A stretch of DNA of 64,000 nt, taken from the NCBI RefSeq assembly GCF_964194025.1, contig NC_134472.1:496001-560000 (forward strand), written 5' to 3'. Below are positions 27,340-38,829 of the stretch, one piece after another. The notes under the pieces were generated by a model. That model had not been told where the DNA came from. It made no database searches and saw only the letters and a list, made by a program, of their open reading frames with translations. Position numbers and translations under genes: made by a program. The stretch comes from Convolutriloba macropyga (Eukaryota). Numbering within the stretch: the stretch's first letter is position 1; the number at the start of each line of letters is the position of its first letter.

Positions 27340-29010
27340 AACAGAAATCCCCGCAATGATTATTTTATGCTTACTCTCAGGATGAACGGAACAATTTTCT
27401 GACGATAGAAATGAATTCGTCTATCAACAAAAACTGCTCCTCGCTAAAAAAAATTACAACATTGAGTTCTTGGTTCCATTTCCAGAACTACTGCAAAGTA
27501 TTGATATACTTTTTGAAAATTTATCTAATATTTGAATTTATCTGCGCACATACAGTGGATAGCATTTTTGGAGGCTGCGGTGGCGCAAGCCAAAATCGAG
27601 AGGATATCGATTTTGCCTAAAGAAGATCAGATGAAAACGATGAGCACGGACAGAATTCAAATCCAATCCAAAAGAAATTCTTTATTGTGGCATCAGAAGT
27701 GAAAGAAGCAAACCGAAAAACAAATCGTTCAAACGCAAGACAAAAAAAAACGAAAGATTTTCAACAAAGCCATTTTTGTGATAGTCAAACTTGCAAATTG
27801 ATGGCGTGTTCACAGTACTTTTGTGCTCGCGATCAAAGACTGAAAAAATTAATTTAGCAGGCTCTCGCAATGCGCTTAACAACGAGATAGAAAGCTATAG
27901 AGTTGCAAAACATGCCTACCGTTTAACTATCTTTAATGCCGTTATGACAATGGTTAAAAAGCTGATCCCGATAATTTTGTTACCTAATTAAGTCTGGGAA
28001 CAAATCTTGAATTCAGTTGCGCAAAAGAAAGTTACGTCAAACGGTAGATTGAAATTGGCGATCCCACCAACAAAGATATTGACCTATTGAAACAAAAATC
28101 TTACTGAATGTTGCTGTGAAGGAATTCGGAATGATCTTCGGACTTGCTCTACCATTCGCCTCAGGCTTTGCTGCTTTAAATTTTTGTAGGGCAATTTCGA
28201 TGCCTATGCCGACTGATGATTCTGATGGCTATGCATCGCAACGCGAGACACAGGCAGAATTCGTTCCGATTGCTGAATCAACGAGAATTGCGTTACGATC
28301 ACAGCATGAAATGGAAAGTTGTATCGGCTTCAGCAGTTTTACGGTCTGTACGAATGGTTTTTCGCTCGATACGGCCGAGGACACTTGTCTTGGTGCTCTT
28401 CTTATAAGAAATAAGACGCTGCTTTACAAAATTGAAAGATTTACACAGCTAAATTGGCTGTCGTGGAAAAAGCAGGAAATATATGGAACATTAGTGGCTC
28501 ATAGCTACTGCATCTGAGTGAAATGAGAAATAATGATCCGCTCAGAAGAAAGAGACTTCCAGGATGTAAGGTTTGTGTGCTGGAACTTAAATGGAGAACG
28601 AAAGTTGAAGCGAGTTCCTTTGAAATAAGAGCAGATATATTTTCCTGTAAAAAGAACTGTGCAATTCCAGTGAATGTAAACTTCACTGACTCTCTGCAAT
28701 ATCTCTTTTCGAAAATACCATCACTTTGCGAAATGCCTCGTATTGCAACAGTAAGGCAAGTGCTGCAACAAATGATTGAGAGAATTCAGAGATGACGAAA
28801 ATGCCCGATTACCACAGTGAATCGTTTGATCAGTTTGGCGAACTAACAAAACTAATAATAAGAGACAGAACCATACATCCAAGTCTGAGAAATAGATTCG
28901 CCGCTACAACAACTTGGCAGTTATCTATTATGATCGGAATCATTCTTTCATTATAACGACCCTTCTCAAATGTGCGGTTGGGTTTTTATGGAATCGGCAT
29001 GGAAAAATGA
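27340..29010 (+). pseudogene. Decayed env-like (class I fusion-type) glycoprotein gene of the Gypsy element
   Basis: A signal-peptide-like start is followed by VYQQKLL..IEFLVPF, a fusion-peptide-like SIFGGCGGASQNREDIDFA and a probable coiled coil. The Cys-rich ectodomain includes CIGFSSFTVCTNGFSLDTAEDTCLGALL and GCKVCVL. A C-terminal hydrophobic WQLSIMIGIILSL follows. It lies downstream of pol. Confidence 0.7.
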
Positions 29011-29584
29011 TCATTCGAAGGAAAGAGATACAGTTCCAACCAGTGATAGTGATCTTTGTGTGAGATATGCAACTCACACGAGTTCAGCCTGAAATGGAGT
29101 TGACGAGACATAGTCCCAGAGCCCCCAGCTATGACTAAGTGACAAGCTCCCCAATGGTTTAACTATGTGAACAATTTATAAAAAATGCACCACGCCTCTT
29201 TAAGTTAACCTAATTCAAACCTACTCACATTTACGTCAATCGACAGACAGCTCCTAAAGAGATGCGACAAGCTTCCGCGTCATTAATATTATACAGCCGC
29301 AGCGTAATTTTATCAAAAAGCAATTAAATTACTTTGAATATAGTTAACACCAAAATTCGTATCTTCTTGGAGCTATTTTGATGTATCAAAACGTCTGTAA
29401 AGTCTTGCCGCTTTACCTTCAAGGAGCTGGTCCTTTTTATGAAGACCAGGCTTTGTATATTTTCCCACCGGAGGTTATTATAATAAATTTTATCTCGCTT
29501 TTTCTACAGGCTGATCCATGTACTTTTGTTTGGCCAAGTCGAGTGCGACGTAAGTCCTGTACCAAGGAAAAGATTTTTTTGATC

Positions 29585-29995
29585 TAGATCACCTTCCTAT
29601 ATGTTGTCTGAATTGAGTAAAAAACACTTGACAATTCCAACTAGACTTTCTACAGCAGATAACGATCTTTATGGTAGTACTTAAAACTCTTGTAATCCTG
29701 ACAATAATTATTTTATGCTTACCCTCAAAATCGACGGAAAATTTTTCTGACGATGGAATTGAAATCGTCTATCAACAAAAACTGCTCCAGGCTGAAAACT
29801 TTGTAAACATTGAGTTCTTGGTTCCATTTCTACAACTACCGCCAAGTATTGATATATTTTTTGAAGTTTTATCTAATATTATTTAATCTTCTCGGTGCGC
29901 ATACAGTGGGTAGTATTTTTGATGGCTGCGTTGACTCAAGCCAAAATAGAGAGGATATTGATTTTGCCTGAAGAAAAATAGATGAAAACGAACAG
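29585..29995 (+). pseudogene. Duplicate of the env 5' region
   Basis: MVVLKTLVILTIIILCLPSKSTENFSDDGIEIVYQQKLLQAENFVNIEFLVPF (29671..29886). The DNA matches ~27250-27645. Confidence 0.75.
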
Positions 29996-29999
29996 TGGA

Positions 30000-31810
30000 C
30001 AATGTATCTAGACGTTTGACTCATATTGCATATATCTATAGCAAATTCCTTGCTGCAGCTTGTAGTTAAGCAGACTACTAAACAACGACTCCAATAGTGT
30101 GTGAGGCCACTGCCATAGAAAGGGAAATGTTATTTTCAAAACAATAGTAAAAAAATTTCATGTTACTGCAAACCTTAACATATTGTTGGTAAAAGATGTG
30201 ATAATTGCGCAAAATCTAATATCTGCGCAAATTCTAATTGCCAGATGTTGATCTACTCAGTACAAGCTTGCGATTGATACATACTTCAGTTAAAGGACAG
30301 AGGTGTAAATTACTTTAGACCCCCTACATCATATGCTTCGACTGAAGATGTAGTCTCCGGTTTTCTTTGTGGCCATTTTGGAATTGCATGCTCCATGCAT
30401 TACGAATGACTCAAGCTATTACTGTCCTCCGCGGCATACTGAGCCACCACAAAGTTGAGGGTTGTTCTTTTAAGGGAATTACAACTCTTCCACGATTGTC
30501 TTTTTATATGTTTTTGCCTCAAAATTATACATTTATATTCAAATTTTATTTCGCTATGTACTTTTTTATTAACCTTGTTCAACAGCTTGCTTTTTTAGAT
30601 ACATTATGCGTTGATTTGGCTAGTTAAAGCTTCGCTTTCTTCGATATGTCTGGCAGTCGAGCAAGCATTAAATTGGACAATATCGCAATTTTGTTTGTTT
30701 TAAAGATTCTGGAATTGATAAGTTTGCAAGATTTTTGGCAGAAAAACTGTATGCCCATGAAAAATTTTTGATATCTGTAATTGGACATTCCAGTGAGCCA
30801 TATATTCGCGATTCTCTTCCTTTACATCTACATGAAGAGGCGAGATGAAAATAATTGTCCACTAGATTTCGAAGATCTGAAGAATTGTTAACATCGTCAA
30901 TAGAATTTATAAAATTTGCGTCAAATAAAAACAGTTTGGTTTCCCACAGCAATTGGAAGTTTTACGCAGTCGTTACGAACGTAGCTTGCATAGCCTGATA
31001 AGGATATTTGGTTAAATGCTTCGGACGACCTTCTCGCACCGTTTACGTAAACAACTTGTATCGATTGCCATCTGAGTGATTTTGATTTATTTGGATTACG
31101 GTATGTTAAACTGAACTTTCCTATACGATCGTGAATAGCAAGTTGATTATTATTTTGCCTTGTTTTGCCATTACATCTGAAGAAAATGTTTTTTGGGTTC
31201 CTTATTCTATCTAGGAATAGATCTTTACTGGAAAAGGAAATTATTGTAACAATTAAATACCACAGTAGATTGAAATAACAAAAGCTCTTCCGCAAGGCCA
31301 GAGCCAAACACAGAAGCCCGAGCTTACCAGAAAATTATAAAGAATATCAGACCAATGAGGGCCACTACCAAGTTTAATGTCACCATTGCAGGGATACTCC
31401 TCTCTTGGCACATTATAGACAATTAAGTCACCCTCGTAAAATAGTGCGATTTTGCAGCACATTATCAGTATAATTGTCGAACTGAATATTTTAAAAGGCG
31501 CAACCCAGGCAAAAAGAAACAGAAATCAAACACTCATGATTCAATCTTAAAAAGTACATCACTTGAGTATCCTGTGATTTTATCATTTCATACATTTGCA
31601 GAGCTGAAAAGAACTAAAACAAAAACATTCTATCAATTGATTAACAACAAACTCACCACGCTTTTTTAATTGAACCTGTCTTGAACGTATTCGCATTGTG
31701 TTCAATCGACAGACGGCGCCTAAAGAGATGCGACAGCAAGCTACAGCTTCCCTAATATTATACAGCATGCAACGAAATTTTATGAAAAATCAATTAAATT
31801 AGTTTTGGTA
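30000..31810. repeat. Third copy (X3) of the Gypsy-associated unit
   Basis: Colinear with 23531-23900 and 25155-26720. Its 3' end (31650-31810) matches the sequence downstream of env (29185-29345). Confidence 0.85.
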
Positions 31811-33656
31811 ATATTTGATAATGATAGTGCCTTGGATAATTAAGTTGAAATAGTTATACAATTTCAACAGTTGAAAAGGTAACAGCATAAGCAAATTATT
31901 CTCAACTGTTGAAATTTTTTAAATCGATCTTAAGAGTGTGAAGCGTTTGTAATTAATGTTCCCAAAAAGGTTGAAAGTCTCACTGATAGAAAATTTTGGT
32001 TGATTACCTGAACTACAAGTGTGGCTAACTGAAGGTTTAAGTTAATTTGTTTCCTGAAATTTGTTTGAAGTTTGAGCTTGTATACTGCGGGGACTGGTGT
32101 TTTTGTATGCGCGGTCAGAGGAAACCGAAGTGACGGGGGGCTTTAACTCCACTTGGCCCAGTTGTTTAATCAAGATAACATTTCAGCTTTAGAGCGCAAT
32201 TTCGAAATTGTCTTCTCCAGATATTCACACAAGTGTTTTTTTGTTTCAATAGCTAAAACGTGAATGATTTGGACCTGATGCATTTCACTTTTGAAACTCG
32301 ATTGCAGCACTTGTGAAAACAAAACTTATACAAATAATTGTTTCTCAGAGAATTTTGCATCAAAAGCAAACTAAAGCAATAAATAATAACAACTATCAGA
32401 GAATTTCGACCATGACAACATAGTTATATCTTAAGAATTCCTATTTCAAGTGTTTTAGCAGTCATTCTCTTGTGGTAGACAAAAACTATCGGCTGTTTTC
32501 GAACAAAACTCGGAATCTTAATTTCCTGCCCCTGAAGAATAGTTTTTAAACAGGAAATATTGTTCATTGATGTTATTTCAATGGATTACTGAATAGAAGT
32601 GAGAGAAGAGGATGAAAGATTGTGTTTGTAGGAGACGTAACATTGAAAAACAGAACACTTGATTACTTGCAGAGAGCATCAGCAGGAACGGAGAGAAAAT
32701 GTCTGGTGAAGAATTGAAGATATCTGGATTAGAAATAAAACTGCAAGGATTTTTACTTGGCTACTGTCGTTACATTGGCTTTAAGCGAATGCCTTCACTA
32801 CATTGTGGAACTTTTCTGAAATAAAATTCAAGATTCCAGAAATTTCAAAACTTTGGCAGATAAATGTTTTTGAAAAAAAAACTTGGGAGACCATTATTAG
32901 CGAAAGTGGGTTTTTAATTCCTCTAAGTTAATAGAGACAGTGTCAACAGCTGAGGAATATATATTATTTCAGAATTGTACAAAACGAAGCCATGTTGTCG
33001 GACTCAAATTTTTATATGATCCTGAAAATGAACATAAAAGAGCTAATTTTTCAGCTTTCAACTGCTTGAGTCTCATTGAGTAAGCTTATGAAGCTGTATC
33101 AGTTTTCGACATAGCTGTGTAGTAACTACTACGGGGGACATTACAAGTTTTAAGATAGGCAATACCATATAAGGAAGGATAGAAGGGGACATGGGGGACA
33201 TTTCCAACAACAACTTTAAACATGTCCAGTTATACTTTTCAAGATGCGACGTCGAGCTTGAACGGATGAGTCATCAACCAAAATTTAGTAAAATCACGTT
33301 TTAGAATAACGTTTCTATTTATAGCTCTAAATTATTTGAGCCATTCATTTTTTTATTAGAGATTGTCTACAGCAGTAACGGTTGCAATGACTAACCGATT
33401 TGTGAAGGATGGAATTGATAGTGGCCCAGCCAATTTAGTTTTCGACGAAGCTAATAAAGAGAGACCACCATGGCGTTGCAGTTCTAATATTGTCGTTCCG
33501 CGACTAGGTAATATTCTTTGTCTAAGTTGGCATTGTTGTGCTTATGATAACCCTCTGCCTTGCCATGGTCTTTTTGATATCACAGAGCTGTGAAGAAAAG
33601 TCGATTTGGATTGCACTGCTTTCAAGTTTATTTGGTTTCATCCTGCCAAATCCTAT

Positions 33657-34297
33657 ATGAATGAAGTTTTCGTTACGCATGAAAGGGTCTTTACGGACCT
33701 TGTGAGTCCCAATAGATATGGAACTAACTTCATGTTCGACTTGTTACGAGGGTTAAAATTCTATCCTCATTTAACAAAAGTACTATTTTTTAAAGAATAC
33801 CATGAACTATTCATGAATGTACAAAGTCAGCTTCAGCATGCCAAGCTCAGTAAGTTTTCTGAAGCTGAAATAACAAAAAAATTTTTCGAACTGTTTATTG
33901 ATTTTTGATGATTCTTGCGAAGAACATTTCAACGATGAAGAATTTGCAACATCTGGCCGACATCGAAAACTTCCTGCCACCAGAGCAAGTGGTGTCGCAC
34001 AATTGACCTAAACACAAGTTAAAGCATTCTCTTCAAGTCACTACATGACATTCAGCAGATAGAATATTTCGGGAAACAGTTGAATTGTCTCCAACTGCTT
34101 ACAGAAGCTTATTAGTTCGCGACACTTGAGTCGTACGGGAGTTTGGCGATTGATCTGGAGCCGAAAACAACTAAAAGCTTACGCCTCTCATTGAACTCGA
34201 AACATCGATTTTCTATATTCCTTCACAGGAAGCAGTAATCACATCAATAGCAAATGAAAAGGAAAAACTTGGGTTTGCTGAAGCTTTGGTGCGTTAG
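33657..34297 (+). pseudogene. A32/FtsK-like packaging ATPase (Polinton), decayed
   Basis: Degenerate Walker A region RVFTDLVSPNRYGT. Walker B and arginine motif CLLIFDDSCEEHFNDEEFATSGRHRKL at 33892-33972. Downstream QSKWCRTIDLNT..LFKSLHDIQQIEYFGKQL and YGSLAIDL. Confidence 0.85.
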
Positions 34298-35394
34298 CAA
34301 TAACTCGAAATCAAAAAGTAAGAAAAATAATCTGACGAGCGATGAACGTGCTCTCGAGCGTGGTGCCTATGAACAAGTCGAAATTTAAAAGATTTGAGAC
34401 TGAGCAACGACCGCTATCTACAAAAAAATACCTTGCAGAGCCGAGAAGTAGGCTTTTTCAAACAGCTAGAGGTCATTGTCTCATTCAGTTTTTAGCTAAT
34501 TCTTTCCTACAATACTTACAAGATCATGTCAACTGAAGAATTCGTGTTGATTATGTATAATATGTTTATACAAGAATACCAACAGTTCTCACAATTTTGA
34601 AGAATCCAGAAATTTAGAAACCGGCCCATCAATTGTCAGTCCTGCAAAGAAATTCAAAACGACAAACAGCACCAGCTATAATACGTTTCATTTCAGAACA
34701 GCAAACTGATAACGTAACAACTGCTGATAAAGAAAACCAATCGATGACCAACGACATCAGCAGCAAGGTACTATATATCAATTTTATACAGGACCAAAAG
34801 TTCCAAAAAGCAAAATCTTTATAGAAACATAGTCTGAAATAATTTCCATTGACAACGAAGGCAACCTAATTTTCTCAAAACTAATACACTGAAATTTCGG
34901 CAGCCAGTTTTCTCTACGCACCTCGTCAGAACTAACAGATGTACATTATCATATACTCTATCATCTAAACATTCCCACACAATTTACCTGTATTACTTAC
35001 GCAAAAAGATTCGAGACTACCTGACGAACGAAAGAGACCTAAGCTAGAAAATGGATCTACGGATAAGAAACATAACACTGCCGCCAAGAGAGCAGAAGAA
35101 ACAGAGACTGCTAAAGCTGAAGATGAAGTCTTTGCAAACGCGGAGGAAGAAGAATTCAAACCACCGTAAGACTGGAAAAGTTTTTTGGGATGAAGTTGAG
35201 AAACTAAACAAAATCTATTCAACTAGCAGAGAATCATTTGAAAGCGTTGTCAATTTGCAAATTGAGTTGATTACAAAAAAAAAGAAGAAAGCAATGAATT
35301 TACAGCGATGAATTTACATTAGTTATCAAAAATATGCATTAGTTATACATTTGTTATAATTATCAAAGTCGTTGAAAATATTTTGAGAAAACAT

Positions 35395-36112
35395 AATGGC
35401 AGCGTTTCGAAATCAACTATCTCTGCCAATACAGCTACAAAGACAGTGGAAAGTGGCTTTAACGTCTATTTCATCCCCAAATATCAACAACATCAACTCA
35501 GCACAAATTTTTCGAATCAGGACCACCTCAACATGATGCTTCACTCAATCGATCCGGTCAACTCAGGAAAATTGGAAAAGGTATAAAAACTGGGAAGATC
35601 TTGTTCAGGGAATTATTTGGGTAGCTCATTTGACACAGTTTGACTACAAATTTGATTTCGGTACAGGAAAGGTCATTTTGAAATTTGGTAAAAACGAGCG
35701 ACTATCGTTTCCAGGCGAAAAAATTCTCAGCTTTCTTGGTTTCCAAGCGAAACCTGATCATACACAGAAAGAAATGTTTTTGGTTATAAATTAGACAGCA
35801 ATCATTACAGACATACGAGCGACTTTCCTGTTGACAGAACTTTGGATCACAATTATTTTTTGTCTAGATTGATGTCATTGAATATCATCATGTAAGTGAC
35901 TCATGTGCACCAGTACTCAAGATCATTGAGTCAGAAAGACGTTTGAAAAACGGCAGAGAGAACACTGTTACTCCTGTTCCTCGTAAATCTCATACAAATT
36001 TAGACAAACGATATTCAAAGCATCAAAATTGAGTTAAAAACACACTGGGAGACCCATTCCTTTTACTGGTTCTAGAAAAGTTGTCGCTTGTCTCAAGTTC
36101 TAGAAAATCAAT
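35395..36112 (+). pseudogene. Minor capsid/penton-like protein (Polinton), decayed
   Basis: DFPVD..FV*IDVIEYHHVSDSCAPVLKII..SIKIELK..PF-type C-terminal signature, frameshifted. Confidence 0.7.
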
Positions 36113-36118
36113 TAGATA

Positions 36119-36350
36119 ATGGAGGCTAACTACAATAGGCAAACAGCCAATTCGATGCCTCATTTCTCAGGACATTACAGGCAAAGACGAAGTGGTTTTG
36201 GAGCACTGGTTTATTCTTGGCCTGTAGCAAAGAGAATTGGCAGATCTTGTGCAAGGAGCTCCAGAGATAGCTGAATGTGCAACAAAAAAGACAGCAAGGC
36301 ACGCATTGATAAGTACATTAGCAAAACAGTTAAAAAAACAATTAGTAGGA
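36119..36350 (+). pseudogene. Small basic virion core-like protein with adenain-type cleavage motif, decayed
   Basis: MEANYNRQTANSMPHFSGHYRQRRSGFGALV resembles the RQRGSG-type motif and sits between the penton and major capsid genes. Confidence 0.55.
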
Positions 36351-36399
36351 TCAGTCCATCGCTCGGCGCATAATCAGACTTACATCTGTTGACCTTGAG

Positions 36400-37458
36400 G
36401 TAAAGTGCCGTTTTGTGCAAAGCAAGGCAGACAATTTATGTTGTACTTCTGAAGATGCCAATGCAAGTGACACACTTTTCCTTTCTTCGTTAAGTATACA
36501 TTACAATCTTTATTCGCTTATTGTAGTGTCAGCGAATGGCATCAAAATTTCATCAGCTAATGGACACTACGCGCGGAAATGCTTCACTGAAACTGAACTT
36601 TCTCATGGGTGGGACGGACACAAAAAGCTTTTGGTTGAAATGTCAAGGATAAGAATGCGAATATGAACACAACGCCATTCCAAATGCTTTTTGTCCAACA
36701 GAAGGTACTTGTTCGAAGATCGGTTCAACTTACAATATATGGTAGGGTTGCTCTGGACCTTTTTCTCATTTGGGAAGCAGTGGTGTCACCTTGCGAATGG
36801 CTTTCCGAAGATCAAAAGTTGACTTTGTTACAATTAGTGAAAACGGTGCAAAACATTATAAGGTTGAAATCTTTGGGGCTAATTTTGTTCACAAAATGAG
36901 AGTATCTGATAATGTGGTGGGAGCAATTGAGAAAACTTCTGAAAACCCCAGCCAAGACAAATCGATGCAACGACGTTATTTCCAAAGCCTTTCTCGCAGC
37001 AGCTGGACAAAAGAGCTGGATACAAGCTCTTTCCACAAAAGAACACATTCGAAGACTGCAAGTGCCGATTTTTTTGGAACGAACACTGAAAATTCGTTCC
37101 ATATAAAAAGTTATGTTTGAATGAAATAACTATTTACCACAATGGATTTGCAACTGTCGACCAGAGACGATAAGAGGCTATACTTGAATTTAATGGGAGC
37201 CTTGGCTTTCATGGAAAATGTTCACGTTATATCATTGGCTGAATTCCCCCACCACTATATGATGGTGTTTGATCTTTCTAGTACCCAGGAAGCCACACAT
37301 GATTTTATTCATCCCCAATTAACAAACCCATCTTTATGAGCTGAACTCATATTCAGTGCAGCTTTACCAAACAACATTGAAACATTATTCTTGGGAGAAA
37401 AACGTTCAACAATGTACATCGATTCTGCGGGAAACGTTTCCAAAAACGCTATGAGCTA
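36400..37458 (+). pseudogene. Major capsid protein (double jelly-roll, hexon-like; Polinton), decayed and partly deleted
   Basis: Remnants SANGHYARKCFTETELSH, IYGRVALDLF, GVTLRMAFRRSKVDF..YKVEI and HYMMVFDLSSTQEA..ELIFSAALPNNIETLFLGEKRSTMYIDS are spread over several frames. Confidence 0.8.
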
Positions 37459-37919
37459 ATGGATGAAGATCGGGTATTCAAGTTGATACAGCAATGCAAA
37501 CACTTGAAACATAAACTCAACGGTGTCTATGCCGCGGACAACTTTCCCCTGAAAATGTCACCGAATTATTTTATTAGTGTCAACGTTTTCAGCTGCTACA
37601 TCAATTGGTACATATTGAGTTGTTTTAGCAAAAAAGACTTGCGTATCCAGTTGTCTAATTTGCAGATCCCTTGGATTTACCAATTTGTTTGCATAAACAT
37701 ATTTCTGACCGCCTAGGAAGCGTCATTGCAGACACTATATATGTGGATATTATTGAAGACAGACGAGAAGCTGAAAAACCTTTGCAATGCGCAAACTCGC
37801 AAATGTGTGTACTCTGCATATGCATTGCTCGCCATATTATGAATGGTTACATTCCTTTCATTCCTGATGTAAATGAGACGACGTTGCTGTCTCTTGTTAA
37901 ACAAGACTTAGCGTTATAG
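37459..37919 (+). pseudogene. Adenain-like cysteine maturation protease (Polinton), frameshifted
   Basis: GVYAADNFP..FISVN, GTH*V (catalytic His, GxHW-type), FADPL and PLQCANSQMC (Q..C catalytic motif) across ORFs 37459..37716 and 37671..37919. Confidence 0.85.
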
Positions 37920-38175
37920 ATACAAGTTAAAACTTGATTAGGTACACTACAGGTACCCTAAGTGTCGATGCACAAGTTATTTCTCATCAAAACTCCTTAT
38001 GGGGATACAAGTTAAAGCGCGGTTAGCTACCCTAGGTACCTTTGATCAAGTTATTTTTCATCAATACGCCTTGTAAATACAGTTTAAAACTCGCTTAGGT
38101 ACCCTGCGGGTACATTAGTTGAACATTCTTAAGTTTTTTTTGCACCATACTCCTTATAGGCACAAGTTAAAACCA
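37920..38175. repeat. Degenerate ~70-85-bp tandem repeat inside the Polinton
   Basis: Units of acaagttaaa...ggtacc...aagttattt..catca..actcctta start at ~37922, 38007, 38079 and 38162. Confidence 0.7.
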
Positions 38176-38292
38176 GTTAATTTTGAATAATAAAAGTTAA
38201 ATCAGCTTCCTTTGCTTCCTATAAAAGATAGAAACTAAAGATCGAAAAAATCTTTTTGCGGCAACCAAGACTAATATGCACAATGGTGTAGT

Positions 38293-38829
38293 TTAAATCA
38301 GTCTTTGTTCCTTCAGTGTTCTGTTTTTTTTTTCAATTGCCATTTCGGCAGTTCTCCGAGAGACAACAGGAAATGATAGTGGCGCCTGTCGGGTAACGGT
38401 TGCAGTGGGTCTTAGTTGATGGGCAATTGGGTCCGGCAATCGCTTAGCTCCACTCAAAGACGAGCAACAGTGTCCCACGCTCTCTTGCGCTCGTGCCTCA
38501 CATAAAAGACTCTCAGAGCGAGTCAAAAAATTGCTCTGATCCCGCTTTGCTACGGCCCTTCTATGCCAACCCGACACCACTTGAAGTTGGCGTTTGGTCT
38601 GGCTCAACTTAGTTTCAATTTCACCACATCGCCAAACCGCCTCCTTCCGTTCGGCATCTGCGATATTTCTCTCCAAGGTCATTTGTTGGAGAAGCTCTTT
38701 ATTAAACGCCACCAGGAACATTGCCCGGTTGAATTGTGAGAGCTTGAGCACGGTGATCTCTCGCCTGGTCACGCTGTTGAATGGTGTTACGTTTTTCGGA
38801 TCTTTTCTGTTTTTGCCCTTATATTCCAT
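38293..38829 (-). CDS. Hypothetical 178-aa protein within the Polinton (predicted coiled-coil middle region)
   Basis: Uninterrupted ATG-to-stop ORF with higher GC than its flanks. A TATATAA on the minus strand at ~38976-38982 and CCAAT at ~39078-39082 lie upstream. No family recognised. Confidence 0.5.
   Translation of the reverse strand: MEYKGKNRKDPKNVTPFNSVTRREITVLKLSQFNRAMFLVAFNKELLQQMTLERNIADAERKEAVWRCGEIETKLSQTKRQLQVVSGWHRRAVAKRDQSNFLTRSESLLCEARAQESVGHCCSSLSGAKRLPDPIAHQLRPTATVTRQAPLSFPVVSRRTAEMAIEKKNRTLKEQRLI

Noticed and set aside
16750-33000. LTR pair, PBS and TSD for the Gypsy element
   Set aside because: I could not find matching direct repeats on both sides by eye, so boundaries were left undefined.
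37920-38175. CRISPR-like repeat-spacer array
   Set aside because: The context is eukaryotic, the repeats are degenerate along their whole length, and there are no unique spacers or cas genes.
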